From the IMG/VR virus record IMGVR_UViG_3300046370_000603: DNA of 64,000 bases; one strand, 5' to 3'. Positions 1-9,684 of the stretch are shown here, piece after piece. The number at the start of each line of letters is the position of its first letter. The stretch's first letter is position 1. Position numbers and translations under genes: made by a program. This DNA comes from a virus. A model generated the notes under the pieces. It was given only the letters and a program-made list of their open reading frames with translations. It was not told the origin of the DNA and made no database searches.

Positions 1-1
1 G

Positions 2-496
2 GAAAAGAATAAAGGGAAAAAATTAAACAAACCTTTTCGAACTCCAGGCGGACCAAAAAAGTTTTCAGTCTATGTTAAAAATGAAAAAGGTAACGTAGTA
101 AAAGTTAACTTTGGTGATCCAAACATGTCTATTAAGCGAGATAACCCAGAAAGAAGAAAAGCTTTTAGGGCAAGACATAATTGCTCAAACCCTGGCCCTA
201 AAACAAAAGCTAGATACTGGTCATGCAGGCAATGGAGAGCTGGATCAAAAGTTCAAGGAGCAGAAGTATTTTTATCAGAGGAGCAGATTGAGGCAGTGAT
301 ATTAGATGAGCTAGACGAATCTGAAGGAAAGAAAAATAAACCTGGGCTTTGGGAAAATATCAGAAGAAAGAAAGCTAGAATGGGGAAAAATTACAAACCA
401 GCTAAACCAGGCGATAAAGATTACCCTGATGAAAAATCTTTAAAGAAAGCTCAAAAATCTTCAAAAGATAAAAAAAAGAAAAGCGATAAAAAATGA
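2..496 (+). CDS. 5'-truncated Lys/Arg-rich head-locus protein made of small basic domains
   Basis: Frame is open from position 2 (EKNKGKKLNKPFRTPGGPKKFSVYVKN...FGDPNMSIKRDNPERRKAFRARHNC...KARYWSCRQW, then PGLWENIRRKK...PGDKDYP). Overlaps the protease start (ATGA). Confidence 0.7.
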   Translation, partial: EKNKGKKLNKPFRTPGGPKKFSVYVKNEKGNVVKVNFGDPNMSIKRDNPERRKAFRARHNCSNPGPKTKARYWSCRQWRAGSKVQGAEVFLSEEQIEAVILDELDESEGKKNKPGLWENIRRKKARMGKNYKPAKPGDKDYPDEKSLKKAQKSSKDKKKKSDKK

Positions 497-2055
497 ACTT
501 TAAATACAAGACTACATTTTCTGATAATTTAAAAATTGATCAATTAATATCAATTGCAAATTCTTATCAAAGTCAGGCATCTTTAGATAATTTACAAGAT
601 TTAATTCCTGGTGATATAGATTTTGAAAAAAATATTGATATATTAGGAGTCGCTTTTAATGCTGCAGTTGTTAATTCCATCAATAAAAATGATGATGGTA
701 TAGATACAGTTACAGCAAAAAAAATTAAAAAATATTTTTTAAATAAACCAACCAATATTGAGCATAATAAAAAGAAAGTGGTTGGACATATTGTATCAAC
801 AGGATTTTCTAAATTTGGCACGGATGAATTGGTTGATGATATAGATGACGATTTTTCTGGGAAATTTAATATAGCTCTTGGATCTATTATATACTCTCAT
901 TCTTTTCCAGAATTTAGTCAACTAGTATTACAATCAAACGATGAAGGGCATGAGCTATATCAATCGGTGTCCGCCAGTTGGGAGCTTGGATTTAATGAAT
1001 ATAATATTGCTTTAGGTAGTAAAGATTTAAATGAAGCAGAAATAATCACAGATGAAAAACAGATTCGAGAATTGTCTGTATATTTAAGAGGGTTTGACGG
1101 CGAAGGCGAATTAAACGACGGAACTCCAGTATATCGAGTTGTAGCAGGTGAAGTTTATCCATTAGGCATTGGTTTTACAGGCAACCCCGCTGCTGATGTT
1201 AAGGGTTTAATTACTAATAAAAAAAAAGTAGAGAGTGACTTAGAGGAGTACGTAGAGGAACACGCTGAAAATAAAAATGAAAAAAAAATTTCACAAAACG
1301 AAAAAATTGATGTAAATAACAATATTAACCAAATTTCTAATATGCAAAAACAAGAACTCATTGAAGAATTTAAAGTGCTTCTAGACGAAAAAATGCCCGA
1401 GCATAATTTCACCCAAGAGGCTGTAGCGAATATTAGTCGCGTTATCGGAGATGCAATAAAATCCAAAAGCGACGAATATGAAAAAGAACTTTCAGCTATC
1501 GACTCTCAAAAAGAAGAGCTCGAAAAAGTTGAAGCTAACCTTAAGGAGGAGATTGAAAACCTCAAAGCTCAATTAGCTAAATCTGAAGAAACTGTTGATT
1601 CCTTAAATGGTGAAATCTTGGAGTCTCAACAGGAGCAAGCTTTCAACGCCAGAATGGAAACTGTTGAAGCTACTTATGAAATCAACGAAGAAGATCGTAA
1701 AGTTTTAGCTAAAGAAATTCAAGAGCTCGACATTGAAGATAAATCTTTTGAAGATTATCAATCAAAGCTTGAAGTTATGTGGGCTCACAAAAACAAAGAG
1801 TATTTAGCGAAGCAGGAAAAACTTTTCGCAGAAAAAGTTGAAGCTGAAGTTCAAAAAAGATTGTCTGGGGAAACTTCCGAAGCAACAGAATCTCAGGAAG
1901 AAACTGAAGAAGTTGAAGAAGTTCTCGCAGATGTACAAGAAGAAGTTTCCGAAGTTGCAACTAACAATAACTTAGATAGCGCAACTGAAGAACCATCATT
2001 GAGAGACAAATTTTCCATGGCTTTTGCTAAAGAAAATATATCTATAAAATTTTAA
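493..2055 (+). CDS. Prohead maturation protease fused to an acidic coiled-coil scaffold
   Basis: N-terminal NKNDDG...NIEH...VSASWELGF...GIGFTGNPA pattern of HK97/herpes-fold prohead proteases; Glu/Lys-rich helical C-terminal half; lies upstream of the capsid gene. Confidence 0.7.
   Translation: MNFKYKTTFSDNLKIDQLISIANSYQSQASLDNLQDLIPGDIDFEKNIDILGVAFNAAVVNSINKNDDGIDTVTAKKIKKYFLNKPTNIEHNKKKVVGHIVSTGFSKFGTDELVDDIDDDFSGKFNIALGSIIYSHSFPEFSQLVLQSNDEGHELYQSVSASWELGFNEYNIALGSKDLNEAEIITDEKQIRELSVYLRGFDGEGELNDGTPVYRVVAGEVYPLGIGFTGNPAADVKGLITNKKKVESDLEEYVEEHAENKNEKKISQNEKIDVNNNINQISNMQKQELIEEFKVLLDEKMPEHNFTQEAVANISRVIGDAIKSKSDEYEKELSAIDSQKEELEKVEANLKEEIENLKAQLAKSEETVDSLNGEILESQQEQAFNARMETVEATYEINEEDRKVLAKEIQELDIEDKSFEDYQSKLEVMWAHKNKEYLAKQEKLFAEKVEAEVQKRLSGETSEATESQEETEEVEEVLADVQEEVSEVATNNNLDSATEEPSLRDKFSMAFAKENISIKF
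1289..1319 (+). promoter_or_regulatory. Putative phage late promoter (TTTCAC-N16-TGTAAATAA) inside the protease gene
   Basis: Same two boxes and same spacing as the motif at 8267-8297; sits just upstream of an in-frame ATG at 1342. Confidence 0.55.
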
Positions 2056-2067
2056 CCTAATAAAAAA

Positions 2068-2739
2068 ATGCATAAATTACTACCATTTAGACAGTACGAC
2101 GAAAAAGATGTTATCAATCTTCTTTCTCTTGACGTAAGTTCTGGCGCAGGAAGCGAGTACATTAATCTCAAACCTGGCGACAAGGCTTTTAACAATGGAG
2201 GCAATTGGTCAGGAACTCTTGTCGATACAGCCTCCACAAACAACAAGATTGGAGCTGATCAACCAGCAAGAACTAATGATAGTTATCTTGGAGCAATTGG
2301 ATCTGGAGATCAAGGATTTGCAATGCAAGAAGGTAGCATTTACCCAACTACTCAAATGAATGTTGGGATTGTCGCAGCAGATGCTGGTGCAGCATTAGGT
2401 TTGACATTACGCCCAACACTCGCATGGGATGAGAACTTGATGAAGTTGCTCAATTATGATGTAAAGAAAGATGAGCTTCAAGCCGTGCTTCCTGGTGAAG
2501 CAGTGCCTGTAGCTACAAAAGGTTTCTTTACTGTAAAAGTTGGAACAGCTGAAGGAGATGGAGCTGGTATCTTCCATGCAAGTGGAATAGGTGCTGGAGG
2601 TATTGTCCCAGGAGCTATTTTAAAAGCTGGTGGAAGTGGACAACTTACACTTAATGGCGATAGTCAAGTCACTTTCGCTAAAGTTATTGCTACTGGAGCA
2701 GGAGCTGGAGACGATGTTGCTTTAATTCAACTAGGATAA
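2068..2739 (+). CDS. Putative head decoration/auxiliary capsid protein
   Basis: Gly/Ala-rich 223 aa protein between scaffold and major capsid gene (position-based call). Confidence 0.55.
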   Translation: MHKLLPFRQYDEKDVINLLSLDVSSGAGSEYINLKPGDKAFNNGGNWSGTLVDTASTNNKIGADQPARTNDSYLGAIGSGDQGFAMQEGSIYPTTQMNVGIVAADAGAALGLTLRPTLAWDENLMKLLNYDVKKDELQAVLPGEAVPVATKGFFTVKVGTAEGDGAGIFHASGIGAGGIVPGAILKAGGSGQLTLNGDSQVTFAKVIATGAGAGDDVALIQLG

Positions 2740-2759
2740 TTTAGAAAGATTTAAATATT

Positions 2760-3959
2760 ATGAATATTACACTAAAACGTACAGAAGAACAAGTTGAGCT
2801 CATTAAAGCGATGGCTTCCAAGAATCGCAATGTAGCACATGAAGCGCAAGCCGCTGCTGCAGAATTTATTGCTCCAGTTTTGGCTGAGGTTATTAATAAC
2901 GCTCCTAGTTTGAGCAATATGTTCACAAGCTTTTCATTCAATGAAGATGATAATCCATCAATTCCTTTGGATTTGTACCACGACATTACTGATACTGATT
3001 ACATTAGTATTTACGTTCAGAATGTTCCTGGTGGATTACCTTCTAACTCAATCATGCCTTCACATAGTGAGCTTAAATTCACTACCTACAGGCTCGAAAC
3101 AGCTCTTGATTTTGATCGTAGATACGCTGCAAGATCACGACTTGACGTAGTTAGTAAAACATTTTCTAGGTTGGCTCAAGAATTGATGCTTAAACAAGAA
3201 GCTACTTCAGCCAATCTTATTTTAGGAGTTTTGGCTGCAGCTCAGACAAACACAAAAGATCACGTTGTGACTTCTCACAACCAAGGTCAATTCTTACTCG
3301 CTGATGTTAATAAACTTATTACTCACGCAAAAAGAATCAATACTGCTTGGAATAAAGGAACACCTATAACCAAGAATCGTGGAGTAACTGATTTGCTTAT
3401 TTCTCCAGAAGTTATGGGCGAAATTCGCGCAATGGCTTACAACCCAATCAATACTCGCGGTCTTGAGACTAACCTTACTGGTACTATTGATGGCACTCCT
3501 GGTGTTGCTGGCGATGCAAGTATTGGTGATGGCGTTACTGTTAACAGTACTGGTGGAGGAGTTATTCCTGCAACTGATGAAATGCGTAACGCATTGTACA
3601 ACAACGCTGGCGCTTCCGAGCTATACGGACTTAGCTTTACTGAGCTCAATGAACTTGGTCAAGAACAAAAGTTCAATGGTGTATTTTCTACACTTGACGG
3701 AGCAGGTTCATCCAACAAAGGTTGGAGCGGAGGGGCCTTCTCTAACGGCGCAGGAGGAGATCAATTGATCATTGGTATTGATCGCTCCAGAGAATCTCTC
3801 ATGAGGGCTATCGCCGTTGATTCGGAAACAGGTGCTGAACTTAATTTAGCAGCTGATGATCAATATACTGTTCGCCAACAAAAAATCGGATACTATGGTT
3901 CGATTGAAGAAGGCAGAATGGTTGTTGACAGCCGAGCTCTTACAGGTATTGTTATGTAA
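2760..3959 (+). CDS. Major capsid protein (HK97 fold, inferred)
   Basis: 399 aa; follows protease/scaffold and decoration genes; ends in a typical ...GYYGSIEEGRMVVDSRAL strand pattern; strong terminator follows. Confidence 0.8.
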   Translation: MNITLKRTEEQVELIKAMASKNRNVAHEAQAAAAEFIAPVLAEVINNAPSLSNMFTSFSFNEDDNPSIPLDLYHDITDTDYISIYVQNVPGGLPSNSIMPSHSELKFTTYRLETALDFDRRYAARSRLDVVSKTFSRLAQELMLKQEATSANLILGVLAAAQTNTKDHVVTSHNQGQFLLADVNKLITHAKRINTAWNKGTPITKNRGVTDLLISPEVMGEIRAMAYNPINTRGLETNLTGTIDGTPGVAGDASIGDGVTVNSTGGGVIPATDEMRNALYNNAGASELYGLSFTELNELGQEQKFNGVFSTLDGAGSSNKGWSGGAFSNGAGGDQLIIGIDRSRESLMRAIAVDSETGAELNLAADDQYTVRQQKIGYYGSIEEGRMVVDSRALTGIVM

Positions 3960-3987
3960 GAGTAGAACATCAGTAAGTTCTAACTTT

Positions 3988-4016
3988 AAAAATCCACCCT
4001 ATGGGTGGATTTTTTT
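3988..4016 (+). terminator. Rho-independent terminator after the major capsid gene
   Basis: AAAAATCCACCC-TAT-GGGTGGATTTTTTT perfect hairpin with T-tract. Confidence 0.9.
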
Positions 4017-4042
4017 GTTCCCAGGGGTAATATAAAGGTGTA
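4017..4042 (+). promoter_or_regulatory. Putative phage late promoter variant (GTTCCC-N16-TGTA)
   Basis: Same spacing as the 1289/8267/60071 motifs; immediately after the terminator and 20 nt before ATG 4063. Confidence 0.4.
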
Positions 4043-4062
4043 ACAATTAATATTGAATACTC

Positions 4063-4443
4063 ATGAGCAAAACAAAACGCAATAAGAAAAAAATAGAAAA
4101 AACTCCACTATATACCGACGGAAAAGCAGCTGGAGCTTCAGAAATCGAAAAAATAAGAGATCTGGAAAATTTACTACGACCAAACATTGAGAATCCATTT
4201 GGTACTGATAGTCAAGAAAAGTTCGAAGAAGATCTTGCGAATATGAATTTAACAGATTTACAATCATTAGCTGTAAGCGCTGGAGTTTTTCCTTCTGGTA
4301 ATAAAACAACATTAAAAAATAAACTTAAAAAAGAATTTAATGCTGTTGTAGTTGGAGGTAAAGGACGATCTTTTCAGGTTACTAAACCAATGATTGATGT
4401 AAATGATTTAACAGAAGATCAAAAAAAACTGTTCAACCTATAA
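4063..4443 (+). CDS. Hypothetical protein (post-capsid position)
   Basis: 126 aa ORF with its own putative promoter. Confidence 0.7.
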   Translation: MSKTKRNKKKIEKTPLYTDGKAAGASEIEKIRDLENLLRPNIENPFGTDSQEKFEEDLANMNLTDLQSLAVSAGVFPSGNKTTLKNKLKKEFNAVVVGGKGRSFQVTKPMIDVNDLTEDQKKLFNL

Positions 4444-4555
4444 GGTAATGCGATATGAAAATACTCACAACAATTAACCTAAGTGGGTATTTGCGTATTA
4501 ACATAATTAAAAACACATCAATACTGCGCTAAAGCGCTGATGAAAGGTCTTAATC

Positions 4556-6340
4556 ATGTCTGAAGACTGCGATTGCGAATATAGTCAAATCAATGAAATA
4601 GCTGAAAGCATATATAATTCAGAATTTTATGATTTTTTTGACGAGAGCAATTCAGAAGATTTGCCAAAAATTAAGAATTTTAAAACTAAAATTGCTGCTT
4701 GGCTAGAAACAAATATAGGTCAATTAAATATTTTAATTCACTCGAGCTATCGCATAACAAAAAAAAATGATATATGCCCGCGATTAAAACCTGAGGAAAT
4801 TTCGATACTCATACAACTTTACCTCAGGGAATTTTATAAAAGAGAAAGTCAGCTAGCTTTAAAAGGTGTAAGTTCTAGCAGCTCAACAACTACCACAGGA
4901 GAATCCTCAGTCACAATGACTGATTGGGTAGAATTAAGAGAAGGGGATTCATCTATAAAAAGAAATTCTCTAATATCTACGCCTCAACAAAAAATCCAAG
5001 CCGCAGCAGCGTATAAATCAATTTCGCAAGATGCCAATGTCAAGTTGCAAGATATGGTGCAATATTATAATATGTATAATGCTTTACCTAGGCAAGTGGT
5101 TAGCCAGGGAATTACAAAAGCTAACTGTGACACAAAATCAAAAGACTGTAAAGAAGAATTGGTGGACTGCCCCGAAAAGACTCCTACATCTTCTCAAACA
5201 GCTTCATCCTCACCATCAACTACATTTTCAGCTACTCCAACAAATACTGAAACTATACTGCCGACCCCCACTTCAAGCGCAACTTCTTCAGCTACTTTAA
5301 CATTAACATCGACATCTACCCCAACATCTAGTGCGACATCTAGTACGACATCTACCCCCACATCTAGTGCGACATCTAGTATGACATCTACCCCAACATC
5401 TAGTGCGACATCTAGTATGACATCTACCCCAACATCTAGTGCGACATCTAGTATGACATCTACCCCAACATCTAGTACGGCATCTACCCCGACATCTAGT
5501 GCAACAATGACAATATTTGATTGCTGCCATGAAGGTGGAGAAGTAATTCTAATAAATAGCTCAGGAGAAGATTCTTCGAGGCTTGGTGCAGATATTCAAA
5601 ATGCAGCACCAGTTTTAAATTCATCCAGGATTTGCCTAGGAAAGCCTTTGGATTCAAGTCCTTCAGTTATAGAACTCCTAATCAATGGATCTAAGGTTTG
5701 TGACATATTGGTGCCATCAAAAAACTTAACTACAGATGTATTATATTTTTCAAAATCATTGTCTGAAGTCTTCGGTGTTGGAAGCTTTATATATGAATCT
5801 AAAGGTAGTTTCTTTAATATTTTTAATTCTCAGAAAAATTTACCAGGCAGTGGAACAGCTCAAACCGACTGTGGTTTTGGGTTTTGTTCAGAATATGCAG
5901 CTTGCAACGAAGAACAGCTTGATCCAACAAGATGCATAGACAGATTACATTGCCCTGAAAATATAGAAGGTATTGAAAATCAATTTTTTGGATATGCCGA
6001 AGGTGAAATTGCACTAAATGCATTTATGGCTGATGGTAGATGCTATTCACTGGTTAATCAAAATGTTCCAGTGAAGCAATGTTTTTCTTTTGTGCAGGAC
6101 GATACTGGATGCGGGGGAGAAGGATTAAAATTCTTAAACTCAACAGCTTATAGTAGTAATTTCGTTAAAAAAGTTGCTCAAGAAGGCGAGCATGTTTTTG
6201 AAAATTGTGCTGCATGCTGTCAGTGCGATGAATCTACAGATTGTATGAGTGCAAACATTGAATGGAGCGAACATGAATTTACAGGCGTCTGTAATTTGGT
6301 TATTAATGCTAAACCTACGCCGACCCCTACAATAGTATAA
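4556..6340 (+). CDS. Putative head-tail adaptor fused to a Ser/Thr/Pro-rich stalk and Cys-rich C-terminal domains
   Basis: N-terminal ~190 aa helical region with ELREGDSSI (connector-like) in the neck gene position; TSTPTSSATSSM repeats; many Cys in the C-terminal half. Confidence 0.55.
   Translation: MSEDCDCEYSQINEIAESIYNSEFYDFFDESNSEDLPKIKNFKTKIAAWLETNIGQLNILIHSSYRITKKNDICPRLKPEEISILIQLYLREFYKRESQLALKGVSSSSSTTTTGESSVTMTDWVELREGDSSIKRNSLISTPQQKIQAAAAYKSISQDANVKLQDMVQYYNMYNALPRQVVSQGITKANCDTKSKDCKEELVDCPEKTPTSSQTASSSPSTTFSATPTNTETILPTPTSSATSSATLTLTSTSTPTSSATSSTTSTPTSSATSSMTSTPTSSATSSMTSTPTSSATSSMTSTPTSSTASTPTSSATMTIFDCCHEGGEVILINSSGEDSSRLGADIQNAAPVLNSSRICLGKPLDSSPSVIELLINGSKVCDILVPSKNLTTDVLYFSKSLSEVFGVGSFIYESKGSFFNIFNSQKNLPGSGTAQTDCGFGFCSEYAACNEEQLDPTRCIDRLHCPENIEGIENQFFGYAEGEIALNAFMADGRCYSLVNQNVPVKQCFSFVQDDTGCGGEGLKFLNSTAYSSNFVKKVAQEGEHVFENCAACCQCDESTDCMSANIEWSEHEFTGVCNLVINAKPTPTPTIV
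5312..5505 (+). repeat. 36-bp tandem repeat (~5 copies) encoding TSTPTSSATSS[M/T]
   Basis: ACATCTACCCC recurs at 5312, 5348, 5384, 5420 and 5456. Confidence 0.95.
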
Positions 6341-6345
6341 TCAAA

Positions 6346-6792
6346 ATGACTGATTTAATATCAAATTCAGATAAAGATAATTTTGATAAAGCATTTGACG
6401 ATATTCATGATACATTTGCTAGAGAAATCACTATATTTAAAAAAGAGAAGCAAGTTTTTGTCGCTACTAATAATACATATAACGCTTTGTACTCTAGAAT
6501 TAAAAACCAAAAGGGTAACGATAAAATTGTTGAAACAATAAAATTAAAAGCTAGGATTGCCTACGCTGGAAACTTTGAATTTTTAAGACAGAGTAATGAA
6601 AATGAAATACTAGGAATAGATATTCCGTCAGATCATATCAGAATAAAAATTAATGAACAAGGCTATAATCTATTAAAAAAAGCTACAGATATAGAAGTTG
6701 ATGGAGAGCTTTTTAATATTTCTTCAGATGCAGCAAAATCAGGAATGTTTTCTGTAAAATATTACAATATTCTACTCAAGAGAAGGGGGTAA
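6346..6792 (+). CDS. Putative head-closure/stopper protein
   Basis: 148 aa beta-rich ORF in neck position (synteny only). Confidence 0.45.
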   Translation: MTDLISNSDKDNFDKAFDDIHDTFAREITIFKKEKQVFVATNNTYNALYSRIKNQKGNDKIVETIKLKARIAYAGNFEFLRQSNENEILGIDIPSDHIRIKINEQGYNLLKKATDIEVDGELFNISSDAAKSGMFSVKYYNILLKRRG

Positions 6793-6793
6793 T

Positions 6794-7390
6794 ATGAAAA
6801 TTAAAATAAACCAAAACGCCCTTAAAAAAATAGAAGATAGTCAAGTAGGGCCAATTGTAGGTAGATATATTGAAAAGAAAATTATTCAAGGGGTTAATCA
6901 AGCCCATCAAGACATGGTTAAAGAATTTGAGTCTCATCCAGTTACAAAAGAAATTGAATCTGGTCCAGAAGGTTGGAATCAAAGTGGTACACTGGGTGGA
7001 TATGGGAATTTATTCTCTTACATTGGATTTGAAGAGGGTATGGATCCCCTAGCACCTGTTAGGAATTTATTAAAAAAAGCACTGAAAGTCAAATCGATAC
7101 CGCAAAGCCAAAAATCAATGATTTTAAAATTTCAAGTAGAACTACCATCGAAAGAAGACATCTTCAATGCTACTCCCATGCCTTGGGTTAGTGGCAGAAG
7201 TTGGGTAGAGGGAATAGAAAAGGGTATATCTGGTTTAGGAAATTATATCAATAGAATGACTTTTACTGGTAGATCTGGTCAAGGTATTCAAGCTAAAAAT
7301 AAAATAAGATCGGGACAGTTTAGGAACACAAAATATTTATCAAATATACTTAACAACCTTAAGGTTAATATCAATAAGTCTATAAAATGA
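6794..7390 (+). CDS. Putative neck protein
   Basis: 198 aa basic ORF in the neck cluster (synteny only). Confidence 0.45.
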   Translation: MKIKINQNALKKIEDSQVGPIVGRYIEKKIIQGVNQAHQDMVKEFESHPVTKEIESGPEGWNQSGTLGGYGNLFSYIGFEEGMDPLAPVRNLLKKALKVKSIPQSQKSMILKFQVELPSKEDIFNATPMPWVSGRSWVEGIEKGISGLGNYINRMTFTGRSGQGIQAKNKIRSGQFRNTKYLSNILNNLKVNINKSIK

Positions 7391-8265
7391 ATGTAGGATT
7401 TGATCATAAATTACTGTCTAGTTTCTATCTGTGGTGCGATGATAGATTGTCATATTTTGCTGAAGCATATCAACCAGCTGTTAATCACACTTTTGAGTAT
7501 GTAGATACTATTGATACTCCATTAAATTATAATGCGTTTTACAGTCCTTATAGGCAGTTTATGTGGTCTTCTGACAGAATTGCTGTTCCAGATGAAGTAA
7601 CCATTGATGGCGCCATCGTGAAAGATAAAGATGGTATATATATAGATTACAATAATGGCAGAGTATTAGTAGATACCAATAGCAGACATGGATCTAGTCA
7701 AACATTAAATATTACAGGTGATTTTTCATATAAAACAGTTAATATTTATATTACAGATGATACTGAAGAAAGTGTTATACTAAATAGTGATTTTATTATA
7801 TCACCAACAAATCAAACTTATTTGCAAACCAATGGTGGATTTAGTGATAAAATTTATACAGTTCCAGCAATGTTTATAACATTAGAAAATTCTGAAAATG
7901 TTCCATTCGCAATGGGGGGTATGGACAGTACGGTGTTAAACATGAGATCTGTTATAGTAGCAGACTCTAATTACACTTTAGATGGGGTTCTGTCAATTTT
8001 TAGAGATTCAGCTAGAACGCAATTTGGATTGGTTGAATTCGAAGATTTTCCTTTTGGTGAATTTTCTCATATTAAAAATCATCCCTATAAATATACTGAT
8101 TTAATTGATAAATCTTCAGAATTTGTATTTGTTGAAGAAATTAGATCATCTAAGTTAACAGACAGATCCAGAGAGAGAATTACATCTTCTCAGGATTATA
8201 AAATAGGATTTTTAGATTTCACATTGTGTAAGCCGAGAAATCCCAGAAAAATTTTTCAAAGATAA
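7387..8265 (+). CDS. Putative tail terminator/completion protein
   Basis: 292 aa, immediately upstream of the tail tube gene (synteny only). Confidence 0.45.
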   Translation: MNVGFDHKLLSSFYLWCDDRLSYFAEAYQPAVNHTFEYVDTIDTPLNYNAFYSPYRQFMWSSDRIAVPDEVTIDGAIVKDKDGIYIDYNNGRVLVDTNSRHGSSQTLNITGDFSYKTVNIYITDDTEESVILNSDFIISPTNQTYLQTNGGFSDKIYTVPAMFITLENSENVPFAMGGMDSTVLNMRSVIVADSNYTLDGVLSIFRDSARTQFGLVEFEDFPFGEFSHIKNHPYKYTDLIDKSSEFVFVEEIRSSKLTDRSRERITSSQDYKIGFLDFTLCKPRNPRKIFQR

Positions 8266-8266
8266 A

Positions 8267-8297
8267 TTTCACATTTATTGAAAATTACTGTAAATAA
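8267..8297 (+). promoter_or_regulatory. Putative phage late promoter (TTTCAC-N16-TGTAAATAA)
   Basis: Intergenic, upstream of the tail tube gene; both boxes identical to 1289-1319. Confidence 0.6.
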
Positions 8298-8324
8298 GTA
8301 TATAATAAACCTTTTTTAAAAATT

Positions 8325-9566
8325 ATGGCAACAGACAGAGTAATATATCAAAGTGAATCTCTTTACACTAGTAAGCTTAAAGGAAGCGGAGCTGGTGAAT
8401 TAATCAATGATAGTGATTTGAAAGAGATTAATAGAGTGCAGGATATGAGTTATAATCTAGAAGTAACTCGTACTGACATTAATGAATTTGGACAGCTTGC
8501 TGCTCTTTCAAGAGAAGTTACAGAACCTCCTACAGTTGGATTAGATTTTTCTTACTATCTCACAGATGGAACTCAAGAAAAAAATCTAGGATTCAATGTA
8601 AACGACGCAAGTCAGTTTACTTTCACGAGCGCTGTACCCATGACTAAACAGCTTTTAGATGGATCAAACGATTTTGATGAACTTAACTATTATGTTGTCA
8701 CCGTACCAGAAGGAGAAGATGTTCACGGACAAAGTCCAGTAGCTGCCTCAGATCATGGAGTTATTGGAATTGGTAATGGATTTATTACAAGTTATGGAAT
8801 TTCTGCAGCTGTTGGAGAATTAGCTACTGCTAGTGTTTCTGTAGAAGCTTCTAATATTATGTTTAAAAATGGATTAAACGCAGCATTTGACAACCCAGCT
8901 GTAGATGTTTCATCGGCTACAGGAGCTAGACTCACTAATCAAGTAGATTTCGCCAGCGTGACATCCAGCGATGGAGACATTCAAGTTGACAGCGAAGAAC
9001 TTTTTGCTATTAGACCTGGAGACATCTTTATTGACTTTGATGCTAAAGGATATTTTAATGCAAATGAAGCTGGTAAATTAAATGTTGGAGGAGCTGTTCT
9101 TCCAGGAGTTAATGAAACCACATCAAAAAGCGCTATCCACGTTCAAAACATATCGCTTGATGTACCTGTTGCAAGAAGTCCTCTTAACAGACTTGGCAGC
9201 TTGTACCCATTTAAAAGAAAAGTTGACTTTCCTGTTAACATGACCTTGAGTGTTTCAGCTCTTATGACTGAATTTTCTGAAGGCAGCCTTGATGGATTAC
9301 TCTGCGGTAGCGAGCAAAAACGAGATATCGCAATCGTATTAAACACAAGATGCGGAAAGAAAAACGCTTTGGTTTATGTTATGAGAAACGCTATTCTTGA
9401 CACTCAATCATTCTCGGCTTCGATTGGAGATAACAAAACTGTAGACTTGACATTCTCCTCTCAAGTTGGAGGAGCTAATGATTCCGACAACGGTATTTTC
9501 CTTATCGGAGAAGCAGCTAATAAAGTTGGCTTCGATAGCGGTATTCCTACAACTCCTACAATATAA
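8325..9566 (+). CDS. Major tail tube protein
   Basis: RVQDMSYNLEVTRTDINEFG and a second ..VQNISLDVPVARSPLNRLG.. strand-loop motif typical of tube folds; own promoter and terminator; upstream of chaperones and TMP. Confidence 0.7.
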   Translation: MATDRVIYQSESLYTSKLKGSGAGELINDSDLKEINRVQDMSYNLEVTRTDINEFGQLAALSREVTEPPTVGLDFSYYLTDGTQEKNLGFNVNDASQFTFTSAVPMTKQLLDGSNDFDELNYYVVTVPEGEDVHGQSPVAASDHGVIGIGNGFITSYGISAAVGELATASVSVEASNIMFKNGLNAAFDNPAVDVSSATGARLTNQVDFASVTSSDGDIQVDSEELFAIRPGDIFIDFDAKGYFNANEAGKLNVGGAVLPGVNETTSKSAIHVQNISLDVPVARSPLNRLGSLYPFKRKVDFPVNMTLSVSALMTEFSEGSLDGLLCGSEQKRDIAIVLNTRCGKKNALVYVMRNAILDTQSFSASIGDNKTVDLTFSSQVGGANDSDNGIFLIGEAANKVGFDSGIPTTPTI

Positions 9567-9591
9567 TAGGACTAGTCATATACCACTTAAC

Positions 9592-9621
9592 AAAAAACCT
9601 CGTCAATGGCGAGGTTTTTTT
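9592..9621 (+). terminator. Rho-independent terminator after the tail tube gene
   Basis: AAAAAACCTCGTC-AAT-GGCGAGGTTTTTTT hairpin with T-tract. Confidence 0.85.
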
Positions 9622-9684
9622 GTGTACATTATCATATAATATGTTATAATAAATATATTATATTAAAGGAATAAGGTTACAGTT

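Noticed and set aside
4537-4580. Hammerhead ribozyme suggested by CTGATGA followed by a possible stem
   Set aside because: The required GAAA after stem II and a stem III are missing.
5312-5505. 36-bp periodic repeat as a CRISPR array
   Set aside because: No unique spacers, in-frame inside a CDS, and no cas genes; the same applies to the 60-64 kb arrays.
5303-5530. Cys/Arg-rich - strand ORF (CRTRCWGRC repeats)
   Set aside because: Antisense of the 36-bp S/T/P repeat.
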